IMG/VR virus record: IMGVR_UViG_3300006045_001056
Span: 1,912-65,911 of that record
Reading direction: 5' to 3' (one strand)
Length of the DNA stretch: 64,000 bases
Source: a virus
The notes beneath the pieces are model-generated. The model saw only the letters and a list, made by a program, of their open reading frames with translations, was not told where the DNA came from and searched no databases. Positions within the stretch are counted from its first letter, which is position 1, and each line of letters opens with the position of its first letter. This document shows, piece by piece, positions 48,936 through 59,076 of this stretch. The position numbers were made by a program, and so were the translations under genes.

Positions 48936-51900
48936 ATGGCAGAAAACTCGAAATTCGGATTGAAGATTGGCGTCGAAGGCGAAAAAGAATTCAAGAACGC
49001 TCTCTCGGAAATAAACCAGTCGTTCAAGGTTCTCGGCAGCGAAATGCAGCTTGTGTCTTCGCAGTTTGACAAAAACGACAAGTCCGTCGAGGCTGTCACC
49101 GCCCGGAATAAAGCCCTCAATAAAGAAATCGACACCCAGAAAGATAAAGTCTCCGTGCTGGAAAAAGCCCTCGCCAACTCCGCCGAGTCGTTCGGCGAAA
49201 ACGACAAACGGACGCAGAACTGGCAGATACAGCTTAACAAGGCGCAGGCTGAACTGAACGGCATGGAGCGGGAACTCGGCGAAAACGAAAAAGCCCTCTC
49301 CGGAGTCGGCGGCGAGATGAAGGATACCGGCAAAGAGGCGGGGAAACTCGGAGACGAATTCGGCGACACGGGCGAAACCGCCGACGAAGCGGGCGGCAAG
49401 TTCGAAAAACTCGGCGATGTAGTCAAAGGTATCGGCATAGCGGTCGGAGCGGCGATGGCGGCAATCGGCGCGGCTACGGTCGCGGCGGGCAAGGCGCTGT
49501 ACGATATGGCGAACGACGCGGCTGCCGCGGGCGACCGCGTAGATAAAGCGTCGCAGAAACTCGGTCTGTCCGCCGAAGCCTATCAGGAATGGGATTATGT
49601 CCTGTCACAGAACGGCGCGTCTATCGACAGTCTCGGAGCGGGCATGAAAACCCTGCAAAAGACGATGGACGGTCTGACCGAGGACGGAGATAAGGCTTCC
49701 GAGTCGTTCAAGAAAATCGGCATAAATTTCGACGATATAAAAGATAAATCGCCGGAGGAAGCCTTCGATATGACCGTTAAGGCGTTACAGAATATGCCGC
49801 CCGGAGCGGAGAAGTCCGCCGCCGCAATGAAACTGCTCGGAAAACAGGGCATGGAACTCATGCCTCTGCTGAACCAAACCGCCGACAGTACCGACGCTCT
49901 GAAACAGAAAGCGAACGACCTCGGCATGGTCATGTCGGGCGACGCCGTGGGCGCGTCGGCGGCTTTCACCGATTCTATGGACACCCTTCAGCGTACATTT
50001 ACAGGCATGAAAAACTCAATCGGCGCGGAACTGCTGCCGGGAATGACGATGGTAATCGACGGGTTTGTCGGCATCATATCTGGGAGCGACGGAGCGGCGG
50101 CTTCGATTGAGGAGGGGGTAAAATTCATCATCGCCCAGATAGGCGAAATGCTGCCTCGAATGCTTGAGTTGTTCACGTCAATCGTGACGGTAATCTCAAG
50201 CATCGCACCGGAACTCATATCCGCGCTGATTACGGGCATTACGGAAAATATACCCGTGCTTGTCACCGCAGCCGGAGGGCTGATTAACGCTCTGCTGGAC
50301 AGTATAGTCGCGGCAATACCCGCTCTGACCGGGGCAGCCGTACAGATAATTGTCATGATAGGCACATCGCTGATTGCGGAAGCTCCGCGTCTGCTTGAAG
50401 CCGCCGCCGCGATTGTCAGCAATCTTGCCAAAGGGCTCGGCAACGCCGTCCCTATCCTGAAACCCATAATGACGGTTATCTCCGGCTTGATGACCGCGTT
50501 ACAGAAACTCACTCCGTTTATTCTGGCGGCAGCGGCGGCATTCGGAACGTTTCAGATAGTGATGACAATCGCCAACGCCATCAAAGCGATGACAGCAGCA
50601 ACCTCCGCGCAGTCAATAGCAACGGCGGCTCACACCGTGGTAATGACCGTATGGTCAACGGTCACCGGAGTAGCGACAGGGGTGATGGCGGCGTTCAACG
50701 CGATGATGGCGGCAAATCCCATCGGGCTTGTCGTGGCGGCTATTGCCGCTCTGGTCGTGGGAGTGATTGCGCTCATCGGCTGGCTTAACCGCGAGACTGA
50801 GGAGCAGAAAGCCCTGAAAAAGAGTACCGAGGATTTGGTGGAAGCCAACGAAAAACTCATAGAATCCACCAGTGAGAGCGCCGCGGCTTACGAAGATAAA
50901 ATAAAGGGTATGCAGTACGAAGCGGAGGCAGCCGAAAGCCTTGCCGACAGGATAGCTGAACTCGCGGCGGTGGAAGATAAATCCACAGAGCAGAAAGAGC
51001 GTTTAGCGGCTTATGTCGATATGCTCAACGAAGCTATGGGTGAGTCTATCGTCCAGTACGACATGGAAAACGACGCCATGAGCCGTAATGTTGACGAAAT
51101 CTACAATATCCTCACCGCCCGTCAGGAGGAAGCGAAAGCCCAAGCCGCCCGCGAACGCGCGGTCGAGATCGCGAAAGAGCAGATGGCGGTTGAGGATCAG
51201 TTGGTGCAGATAGAAAAACAGCGCGAGGCTCTGGCTGAGGCTCTTGCCGACGGTGTATACAAAAAAGGTGAAAAAGACAAAAAGTATAAAGAAGTCGTAG
51301 ATATGCTGAACAAATCCGAATCGGAACTTGTTGAGCGTCAGTCCGAGCTTGCGGACAGTTTCGAGAGTACGACGAAAGTAGTGGCGGAGAGCGCGGCGAA
51401 ACAGGCTGAGGCAAACGCCGCCATCATAGAAAGCGCGGAGGAAGTCGTGGACGCTATGACCGAGGCGTACAAAACGCAGGAGGAAATAGCGCAGAAACGT
51501 GCGGAGGTTGAAAAAGAGTTGACCGACGCGATGATTATAGAGGCGAACGCACAGGGACTCACGCTTGACGAGTACAAGAAGAAATTACAGGAAATGCAAA
51601 AAGACGAAGAGGAAATCATCAAGCAGCGGGAAAAGACCCTCGAAAGCTACACCAAATCCGCCACGGAGATGTTCAAACAAATATCCGAAACTTCTGATGT
51701 GAGCGTGACCGAAATGACTACAAACCTTGAGCATAACCAGAGAGTCATCGGCGAATGGGCTGAAAACATAGCGGTTCTGGCTGAGATGGGCATTGACGAG
51801 GGACTGCTCCAAAAGTTAGAGGACGCGGGACCCGAATCAGCGGGCTTGGTGAAAACGCTGGTGAACTCCTCAGAAGAGGAACTGGAAAAACTGAGCGACA

Positions 51901-52532
51901 CGTTCGCCAACGGCTCGAAAGTGGCGACCGACGCGTTACTCACGCAGCTTGGTATGCCGAACGTGACCAACTCCGGCTCAGACATGGTTGACAAAATCGC
52001 CGGCGGCGTTGATAACAATAACTCGCTGACGAAATCTACGGAAAAACTCATAACGACAGCGAAGTCAACGGCTGCTGATTCCGTCATTAAAAACGATTTC
52101 ATTTCGGTTGGCGAATCTATCGTGGACGGCGTATGGCAGGGCTTCTCGAATAAGGAAGCCACATTCAGGAGTCAGGTATTGACGTTTTTCAAAAAAATAG
52201 TGGGCGACGTAAAATCAGAATTGGGGATTCAATCGCCATCGACTGTATTCGCCGAAGTAGGTAAAAACATGGCTCTGGGCGTTGGCGTCGGTTTCGGCGA
52301 CCAGATGAATAAAGTTGCCGACGATATGCAGAACGCCATACCGATGGATTTGGATATGCCCGATTTTGATATATTCGGCGGAGTGGCTGACAGCCGTAAA
52401 AATAGCCCCGGCACAAACGCTCCCGTATATATTTATACAACGGTGGAACTTGACAAAAAAGCTGTGGGACACAGCGTAACGCCTGTTGTTTCGCAGGATT
52501 TGGCGTTCGCCGCGAGAGGGGGTAGGTTCTGA
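48936..52532 (+). CDS. Tape measure protein
   Basis: FGLKIGVEGEKEFK start, Ala-rich helical repeats, AANPIGLVVAAI, IQSPSTVF. Confidence 0.93.
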   Translation: MAENSKFGLKIGVEGEKEFKNALSEINQSFKVLGSEMQLVSSQFDKNDKSVEAVTARNKALNKEIDTQKDKVSVLEKALANSAESFGENDKRTQNWQIQLNKAQAELNGMERELGENEKALSGVGGEMKDTGKEAGKLGDEFGDTGETADEAGGKFEKLGDVVKGIGIAVGAAMAAIGAATVAAGKALYDMANDAAAAGDRVDKASQKLGLSAEAYQEWDYVLSQNGASIDSLGAGMKTLQKTMDGLTEDGDKASESFKKIGINFDDIKDKSPEEAFDMTVKALQNMPPGAEKSAAAMKLLGKQGMELMPLLNQTADSTDALKQKANDLGMVMSGDAVGASAAFTDSMDTLQRTFTGMKNSIGAELLPGMTMVIDGFVGIISGSDGAAASIEEGVKFIIAQIGEMLPRMLELFTSIVTVISSIAPELISALITGITENIPVLVTAAGGLINALLDSIVAAIPALTGAAVQIIVMIGTSLIAEAPRLLEAAAAIVSNLAKGLGNAVPILKPIMTVISGLMTALQKLTPFILAAAAAFGTFQIVMTIANAIKAMTAATSAQSIATAAHTVVMTVWSTVTGVATGVMAAFNAMMAANPIGLVVAAIAALVVGVIALIGWLNRETEEQKALKKSTEDLVEANEKLIESTSESAAAYEDKIKGMQYEAEAAESLADRIAELAAVEDKSTEQKERLAAYVDMLNEAMGESIVQYDMENDAMSRNVDEIYNILTARQEEAKAQAARERAVEIAKEQMAVEDQLVQIEKQREALAEALADGVYKKGEKDKKYKEVVDMLNKSESELVERQSELADSFESTTKVVAESAAKQAEANAAIIESAEEVVDAMTEAYKTQEEIAQKRAEVEKELTDAMIIEANAQGLTLDEYKKKLQEMQKDEEEIIKQREKTLESYTKSATEMFKQISETSDVSVTEMTTNLEHNQRVIGEWAENIAVLAEMGIDEGLLQKLEDAGPESAGLVKTLVNSSEEELEKLSDTFANGSKVATDALLTQLGMPNVTNSGSDMVDKIAGGVDNNNSLTKSTEKLITTAKSTAADSVIKNDFISVGESIVDGVWQGFSNKEATFRSQVLTFFKKIVGDVKSELGIQSPSTVFAEVGKNMALGVGVGFGDQMNKVADDMQNAIPMDLDMPDFDIFGGVADSRKNSPGTNAPVYIYTTVELDKKAVGHSVTPVVSQDLAFAARGGRF

Positions 52533-52675
52533 AAATTTATTGTGAATTATGTTATGGAAATATTGATATATGATGGGTTTTGTGGTAATATTAAGATCAA
52601 GTATTTTAATTAGGCGGTATCTAAAGAAATAATGCAATACAAATATTTTGAACACGCCAAGGGAAGTAGGTATGC

Positions 52676-53545
52676 ATGGCACAACCAAAAAACAAACTCG
52701 GAAAAAACATAAGAGATTTACGAAAAGCTCATGGCGAAACGCAAGAAGAACTCGGAAGAGCCATTAATGTTGAACATAACACTATTTCTATGTATGAGAG
52801 TGGCGAACGGGAGCCAGCACTACAAACATTACAAGCAATAGCATCCCATTATGGTTATCCGTTAGACCAACTTATCAGAGATGATTTTTCAGAATTAGAT
52901 TTTTCAAAAATTGCTCTTACTTGGGAAAACATAGTGGCAATGATTGAAGTAATATGCCCTTTATTAGTTTCAGACAAAGCATTGAAAGACCCTCATTTTG
53001 CAAAAGGTTACGAATATACACGCAAGATTGTTGATGGTTTCCAAACCCCTGAAAACGTAGTAATGCGAAGTATATTTGAAAGAGCCATAGAAGAATATTC
53101 TGAATCATTAGAGAAGTCAGAAACAATGGAATCCGCTGTAAATATTCTATGGTTAATTTATATATTATACACATTACTTCCTGATGAACATTCTATAAAA
53201 GTGGGAAAAGCTATATTATACGGCAAAGCCTATGGAAAAGAGTTTGTAAAAAATTATTTTCTTAAGAATAGTGAAAATGTAAATAAAGAAGAGGAAACAA
53301 ATAAAAAGCTATATGCCCGCGACATGAGTGAATGCATATTAGCGTGTATAGAAATTTTGAAAAGTTCTCCGGAATACAATCATATTGCAGATTATTATTT
53401 AGCGCTTAGATATATTATCGGCGTGGTAGATACAGATTATGGGCAGGAAATAAATACAATAATCGGAATGGAAATTATGTTGTCTTATTTGTCGCTGGGT
53501 AATCCATATGCTTTTGCCTATATAGAAAAAGCACTATTTTTATAA
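52676..53545 (+). CDS. XRE HTH regulator with a helical C-terminal domain, moron
   Basis: IRDLRKAHGETQEELG...ISMYESGEREP. Confidence 0.85.
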   Translation: MAQPKNKLGKNIRDLRKAHGETQEELGRAINVEHNTISMYESGEREPALQTLQAIASHYGYPLDQLIRDDFSELDFSKIALTWENIVAMIEVICPLLVSDKALKDPHFAKGYEYTRKIVDGFQTPENVVMRSIFERAIEEYSESLEKSETMESAVNILWLIYILYTLLPDEHSIKVGKAILYGKAYGKEFVKNYFLKNSENVNKEEETNKKLYARDMSECILACIEILKSSPEYNHIADYYLALRYIIGVVDTDYGQEINTIIGMEIMLSYLSLGNPYAFAYIEKALFL

Positions 53546-53636
53546 AAAAACTGTAATTTCACACTTTGTGAACTTCAATCTAAGAATTTTACTCTATAAT
53601 GGTGCTATATAATAAAAGCCATATATAAACAGGAGG

Positions 53637-54044
53637 TTGAAGAACATGAGTGAAGAAAACAAGAGACTCTATGATAGAGTTAAAGAAAAAGTCAAGGAAC
53701 ATAAAACCGAAATAATAATCGCAGGCATTACTGTTGCCACAATAGTGGGAGTTGTATTGCTTACAGAAAACTGGGATGTAATAAAAAAGCAGGTCTTAAT
53801 AAGCGATGTAAAAAATAGCATTATAAAAAATAAAAGCATTCCCTCTTTAACTCCTACACCTATCAATATTAACATCACAAACAATGTGCCTGTTGAGAAA
53901 CCTGTTGATGTAAGTAAGCATCTTCGAAATCTTCCAATGGGGTGGAACGCATCACTTGAGAAAATTAAATCCGCTTTAGAGCATGGATTTACATTGACAG
54001 AGAATCAAACATGGGTCGATAATTATACGAAAATGTGTGCATGA
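53637..54044 (+). CDS. Hypothetical single-TM protein
   Basis: GGAGG RBS; IIIAGITVATIVGVVLL segment. Confidence 0.7.
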   Translation: MKNMSEENKRLYDRVKEKVKEHKTEIIIAGITVATIVGVVLLTENWDVIKKQVLISDVKNSIIKNKSIPSLTPTPININITNNVPVEKPVDVSKHLRNLPMGWNASLEKIKSALEHGFTLTENQTWVDNYTKMCA

Positions 54045-54059
54045 ATTGGAGGGAGAAAT

Positions 54060-54245
54060 ATGGGAAAAAACAAATTACCGGCTGTAGATTTTTGTAAAAT
54101 TTTAGATGATTTTGGAGAAGAAGCTGCAAGAGATACATTGAATGATGTTAATGAAGGAAGGATAAAAGTTGAGACACTCCAAAAGTATTTATACGATAAA
54201 AATGAAACCAGAGATGAATATGCCGAAAGAATTAAAAAAGAGTAA
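54060..54245 (+). CDS. Small hypothetical protein
   Basis: GGAGG RBS; 61 aa, charged. Confidence 0.65.
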   Translation: MGKNKLPAVDFCKILDDFGEEAARDTLNDVNEGRIKVETLQKYLYDKNETRDEYAERIKKE

Positions 54246-54310
54246 GAAAAAGTAATAATTAATTACACAAAATAAACATTTTAGTTAGTACAAAAATTTT
54301 ATATAAAATC

Positions 54311-54337
54311 AAAGCATCGTTTCGACGGTGCTTTTTT
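54311..54337 (+). terminator. Terminator ending the TMP-Dit moron (near-identical to 41103-41131)
   Basis: AAAGCATCGT-ttcg-ACGGTGCTTTTTT. Confidence 0.8.
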
Positions 54338-54369
54338 CATGCCTATTTATATATTGAGGTAACAAATCT

Positions 54370-55044
54370 ATGAACGTAACTATCAATTCTGAACCGCTTA
54401 CGCTTTCGGATTATATGGCGACATATCTGAATCATAAATATATCCCCTCCGCGCTTGACATAAAGAATTTCTGGGCTGACAAATCCTTAACGCCGTTATA
54501 CTTCGATACTGAACGGAAATACGACGAGTTGGAAATACAAGTCATGTTCAAGGATGCCGCGTTTACCGATATATCGGCGTTCAGCGAAAAGCTGAAGCGG
54601 TGCGAAATCCAAATCGACCACGCTTTTACTGCGGACAGGATATTTGATTGTATATTGAAAAATACGGAACTGGAAAAAGTATCACAAAAAATTTATACCG
54701 TGACATATACATTCGATTGTTTTGTTTTCGGCAAAACGCATGAAATTACGGTGGGTGATTCAATATTTATTCATAGCTCGAAAGAAACCGAAGCGGTCAT
54801 AACGATAGAAAACACAACGGCGTCGGTTATTTCTGTCGCGGGTATTACCGGTTTTACTGTAAAAAATCTCGCCGCCGGTGAGATTATCGTCATTGACGGC
54901 ATAAAAAAGATCGTGACCGCTAACGGTGTACACGCTTTTGACCGAGTGGAATTTTTCAGCTTTCCGAGGTTCAAGCCCGGTAATAACGATATAAGAGTCA
55001 CAGGAAACGCGGAGATAACGATAATGTACAGGGAACGGTGGTGA
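54370..55044 (+). CDS. Distal tail protein (Dit-like)
   Basis: Synteny after TMP; IVIDGIKK...FPRFKPGNNDI C-terminus. Confidence 0.75.
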   Translation: MNVTINSEPLTLSDYMATYLNHKYIPSALDIKNFWADKSLTPLYFDTERKYDELEIQVMFKDAAFTDISAFSEKLKRCEIQIDHAFTADRIFDCILKNTELEKVSQKIYTVTYTFDCFVFGKTHEITVGDSIFIHSSKETEAVITIENTTASVISVAGITGFTVKNLAAGEIIVIDGIKKIVTANGVHAFDRVEFFSFPRFKPGNNDIRVTGNAEITIMYRERW

Positions 55045-55051
55045 TTGAGAC

Positions 55052-58000
55052 TTGGCGATGATTTATCTTAAAAATATAGGCTATCTGGACGATGTGCAGA
55101 ATTTGCACACCGTTGAGGTCTACAACAACGGCGAATATGAATTGAATTTCAACATACCAACCGACCACAAACTTTACCGTAATATCTGCGAAGAAATGGG
55201 ACTGGTGTACGACGGACAGGACTATGTCATAAAAAGCATTGATGAACAAAATGACATAGCGGTTATATCCTGCCGCATTGACATTGACGCATTACAGGCA
55301 AACGCCGTGACAAATTACCGTGAGGAAAACCAACACCTATATACCCTCATGAATTTCGCTCTCACGAGTACAGGCTGGTCGTACATCGGCGCGGACAGGG
55401 TTTCCATTCGCCGTACCGTCGAACTTGAGGGCGGCAATACCCTCGACCTGCTACGGAAAGCGCAGGAAGTATATAGATGCGTATTCTGGTATGATACGGC
55501 GAAAAAGGAAATAACGGTATTTCCGTTGGACGGTTTCGAGTACAAAGGCGTATATTTTACCGACGAACTAAACACCGGCAAGCCGCTCCTTCGCGGCGAC
55601 AGTTTCGATTTCTGCACACGCCTTATACCCATCGGTGCGGAGGGGCTGAAAATCGACGATATAAACGGCGGTAAAAGCTATGTTGAGAACTTCGGCTATT
55701 CGTCAAAAATCATCACGAAAGTATGGAAAGACGAGCGTTATACTGACGTGCAGTCACTCAAGGACGACGCTATCGAAAAGTTGAAAGTTCTCTCTAACCC
55801 GAACCGCACATATTCGCTGGACGTTATCGACCTCGCTGCGGTTAATTCCGAATACAGCCATCTTTCTTTTAACGTCGGCGACAAAGTTATGCTCGTTGAC
55901 CGCAGCCGTAATGTCAAAGTCGAACATCAGGTTGCGCGGCTTATCACATACCCCGACAACCCGCAGAATAACAAAGCGGAATTGTCCGCGACGGCGAAAG
56001 GGTTTGAGAGCGTCTTACAAAATCTGACCGGAATGATAGACGGCACAAAAGTCGTAATAGATATACAAGGCAGACGAATATCGCAACTGACACTTGATAT
56101 AGAGGCATTTACGCTTGAGTTGGCAAACTACTATACACGCGGCGAAACCGAGATTTATGTCGGCTCGCAGATAAAAGCCGAAGCATCGCGCATCGATTTA
56201 ATCGTCAGCGAACAAACGTCGCGGATTAATGACTTATCGGGTGAAATCGAAACCGTGGGTCATAATATTTCGGAACTTTCCTTGACTGTCGGCGGTTTCG
56301 ACACACGCATCACTAATGCTGAAGGTCAGGTCTCCACTCTTTCGCAGACCGTAGGCGGTTTTGATATGAGAATAACAAATCTGTATTCGCTCGTGGACGG
56401 TTTCGACGCGCAGATTACCGAAGCCAAAGAAGCCGCAGTATCGTTATCTACGGAAGCGTTCAACGTCACTCTGCAAAATTATTCGACTACCACGCAAATC
56501 AATACCGCCATTACCAATCAGGCAAACGCTACGCTGACATTGGCGCAGGATAGTTTTTCGGTTTCGTTACAGAGCTATTCGACCACCACGGAAATGAACG
56601 GCACAATAAATTCTTCGGCTAATACGGTAAAAACTGAGTTAAGGTCGGAAATACAACAAAAAATAGACAGCTTGACCTTATCGGTTTCAAACGGCTCAAC
56701 GAGTTCAACGCTGTCTTTGAAGTCGGGTTCGACAACCCTGTCAAGCGCAAATATAACTTTTACCGGGTTTGTGACTTTCACGAGTCTGTCATCTGCAGGG
56801 CAGACGACGATAAACGGCGGGAATTTAACGACGAACAGCGTCACAGCCGATAAGATTTATGTCACTACTTTAGCCTCTATCAGTACGGATATCGGAAACG
56901 TGACAGCCGGAAGTATTCCCGCAGGCTTAATTGCGTCGGGAACACTGGCTGACGCAAGATTATCGACAAACGTAGTATTACTGAATAACGCTCAAACAGT
57001 AACCGGCAATAAAACCTTTTCAGGTACGACGTCAATCGGGGCTCTATCTCTTACGGGTATAACTACAATATCGGGGAATATCTCCGCAGGCTCACAGACG
57101 GTAACCCCCGAGCAGCTTGGGTATGTGTCCGGCGTTACGTCGAATATTCAGACGCAATTAAACGAAAAACAGGCGTCGTTACCGTCAGGCGGCAATTCAG
57201 GCAACTGGCTGCGCGGCGATTTGACTTGGCAAACACACCCTGCCGCGACTATAACGCAAATTCAATTAAGCAACAGCGTACAAAACTATATTTATACGTC
57301 AAACACTATAAACTTTGGTACTTCATCATCAACAAATATTTCAATATCAGGAAACCGTATAACGCCAAACGGGACAAACAGTATCATCGGGACCGGGTCG
57401 GCGAGATTCAATGAATCGTATATAGCGAGTATGTACACATCGGCTGTATACGGAGGAACAGGCGGAGGTACTTCGTATGGAAATTTGACAATAGCAGCCG
57501 GTACGCTGTCATTATACGCAAACAGTATACCCGGCGGAGGTTTTGTGCTGGGTACGGCTTCATCGAGAGTGGCGACAATTTATGTAAACTTTATTGAAAT
57601 GGCAAGCACCCTGTCGGGCGGTACAGGCGTCAGTTTGGGAACATCAACAACGCGAATCGGCAACGGATATTTCACAAATCTTAACGTAACTAATTTTACG
57701 GTTTCAAGCCTCGGAACGTCATCGGGTTTTATTGCGAACGCCTATGTCACGACGTATAACGGCGGCACTTCCGTAACGGTCGGCACATCAACGACAAGAG
57801 TGGCTAACGGGTATTTTACAAATTTGAACGTAACTACACTAACCGTTACGACTATTTCCGGCGTGACGAACCTCGGTTCATCTTCGTCGCGTATCACAAA
57901 CGGTTATTTTACGTCGCTTTTCGCAACGAACCTTGGCAGTACCTCTGTTGTCGGAACCGGTCTGTATGTTACGGGCATATTCGGCGGCAATACGACGACC

Positions 58001-58165
58001 GCTTCAATACGATTAGGCGCGGCGCAACTCGGTTTTTACGGCGTAACTCCGATTTCAAGACAAACCGGGTGGACGAATCTATCAAATACCGCTTGGAGTA
58101 CAGCTGAAAGAGACAGAATAAACGCTATTACAACATTTTTACGAACAATAGGATTAACAACATGA
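55052..58165 (+). CDS. Tail endopeptidase/Tal-like protein with long fibre extension
   Basis: N-terminal TRLIPIG...ENFGY...VGDKV prophage-tail pattern, coiled coils, Ser/Thr/Gly-rich C-terminal repeats. Confidence 0.85.
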   Translation: MAMIYLKNIGYLDDVQNLHTVEVYNNGEYELNFNIPTDHKLYRNICEEMGLVYDGQDYVIKSIDEQNDIAVISCRIDIDALQANAVTNYREENQHLYTLMNFALTSTGWSYIGADRVSIRRTVELEGGNTLDLLRKAQEVYRCVFWYDTAKKEITVFPLDGFEYKGVYFTDELNTGKPLLRGDSFDFCTRLIPIGAEGLKIDDINGGKSYVENFGYSSKIITKVWKDERYTDVQSLKDDAIEKLKVLSNPNRTYSLDVIDLAAVNSEYSHLSFNVGDKVMLVDRSRNVKVEHQVARLITYPDNPQNNKAELSATAKGFESVLQNLTGMIDGTKVVIDIQGRRISQLTLDIEAFTLELANYYTRGETEIYVGSQIKAEASRIDLIVSEQTSRINDLSGEIETVGHNISELSLTVGGFDTRITNAEGQVSTLSQTVGGFDMRITNLYSLVDGFDAQITEAKEAAVSLSTEAFNVTLQNYSTTTQINTAITNQANATLTLAQDSFSVSLQSYSTTTEMNGTINSSANTVKTELRSEIQQKIDSLTLSVSNGSTSSTLSLKSGSTTLSSANITFTGFVTFTSLSSAGQTTINGGNLTTNSVTADKIYVTTLASISTDIGNVTAGSIPAGLIASGTLADARLSTNVVLLNNAQTVTGNKTFSGTTSIGALSLTGITTISGNISAGSQTVTPEQLGYVSGVTSNIQTQLNEKQASLPSGGNSGNWLRGDLTWQTHPAATITQIQLSNSVQNYIYTSNTINFGTSSSTNISISGNRITPNGTNSIIGTGSARFNESYIASMYTSAVYGGTGGGTSYGNLTIAAGTLSLYANSIPGGGFVLGTASSRVATIYVNFIEMASTLSGGTGVSLGTSTTRIGNGYFTNLNVTNFTVSSLGTSSGFIANAYVTTYNGGTSVTVGTSTTRVANGYFTNLNVTTLTVTTISGVTNLGSSSSRITNGYFTSLFATNLGSTSVVGTGLYVTGIFGGNTTTASIRLGAAQLGFYGVTPISRQTGWTNLSNTAWSTAERDRINAITTFLRTIGLTT

Positions 58166-58364
58166 TATATGATAAAATACTGCGCGTCTGTTACGCGGTT
58201 ATAGTAGTCTCGATGCTCGTGTTATAATTGCGTTGTTTTTGCTGGTCGGTAATCTCGAACAGCAAATAGAGGACTTGTCTCCGACGAGAGAACCAAAACT
58301 GATACCCATTCCTCCCGTGGAGGAAAACGATACAAATTATATATTTATATATGCGGAGGAAAAT

Positions 58365-58727
58365 ATGAAATTATATGAAATAATCAACGCAACCCCGGCG
58401 TTAAATAAACTGGGTAATTCCAACATGAAAATGACGGAAGCGTACAGACTGCAAAAATTATTAGCCGCGTTGCAGGTAGAAATTGACTTCTACAACAAAC
58501 ATCACATGGAACTGATAGAAGCGAACGGACAGATAAAAGACGACGGGACATTTACTATTGATAAAGAAAACCAGAGTGATTTTGGGAAATCCATGACCGA
58601 GCTTGCTCAGACCGACGTAGAGCCGGCGTTTACACAAATGCAAATAGCGATAAGTGAAAACATAGAAATATCGGCGAACGACATCGGGGCTCTGCTGCCG
58701 TTCGTGGAATTTACGGAGGAGGAATAA
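58365..58727 (+). CDS. Phage hypothetical protein
   Basis: GGAGG RBS before ATG 58365. Confidence 0.7.
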   Translation: MKLYEIINATPALNKLGNSNMKMTEAYRLQKLLAALQVEIDFYNKHHMELIEANGQIKDDGTFTIDKENQSDFGKSMTELAQTDVEPAFTQMQIAISENIEISANDIGALLPFVEFTEEE

Positions 58728-58731
58728 CCCT

Positions 58732-59046
58732 ATGGCTGAAAACAAAAAAATCACGCTCGAACTGGCGGACGGCACAAAATTTGAAATAGAATCATTCAAC
58801 GGAAACGACAACTATGAGGTTGACACAGACAATATATTTTTTATCATACCGATAAAAAACAAAATAACGGGCGACCTTGTAAAGAAGATTACACCTGAAA
58901 ACATGGCGCGTATTTCCGTGCTGGCGGATAGCAAGGTAATAGACGAAATCGAGGGTTACTCAAAGTTACTTTCCGTTGATAAGGCTATCGACTGCTACAG
59001 GCAGACCATAACGGTACGCGCCGCAATGACTCAGGCAGCGGAATAA
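58732..59046 (+). CDS. Phage hypothetical protein
   Basis: GGAGG RBS; within the tail operon. Confidence 0.7.
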   Translation: MAENKKITLELADGTKFEIESFNGNDNYEVDTDNIFFIIPIKNKITGDLVKKITPENMARISVLADSKVIDEIEGYSKLLSVDKAIDCYRQTITVRAAMTQAAE

Positions 59047-59076
59047 GATTTTTGTAAAAGAGGGAGGCGCGGCTGT

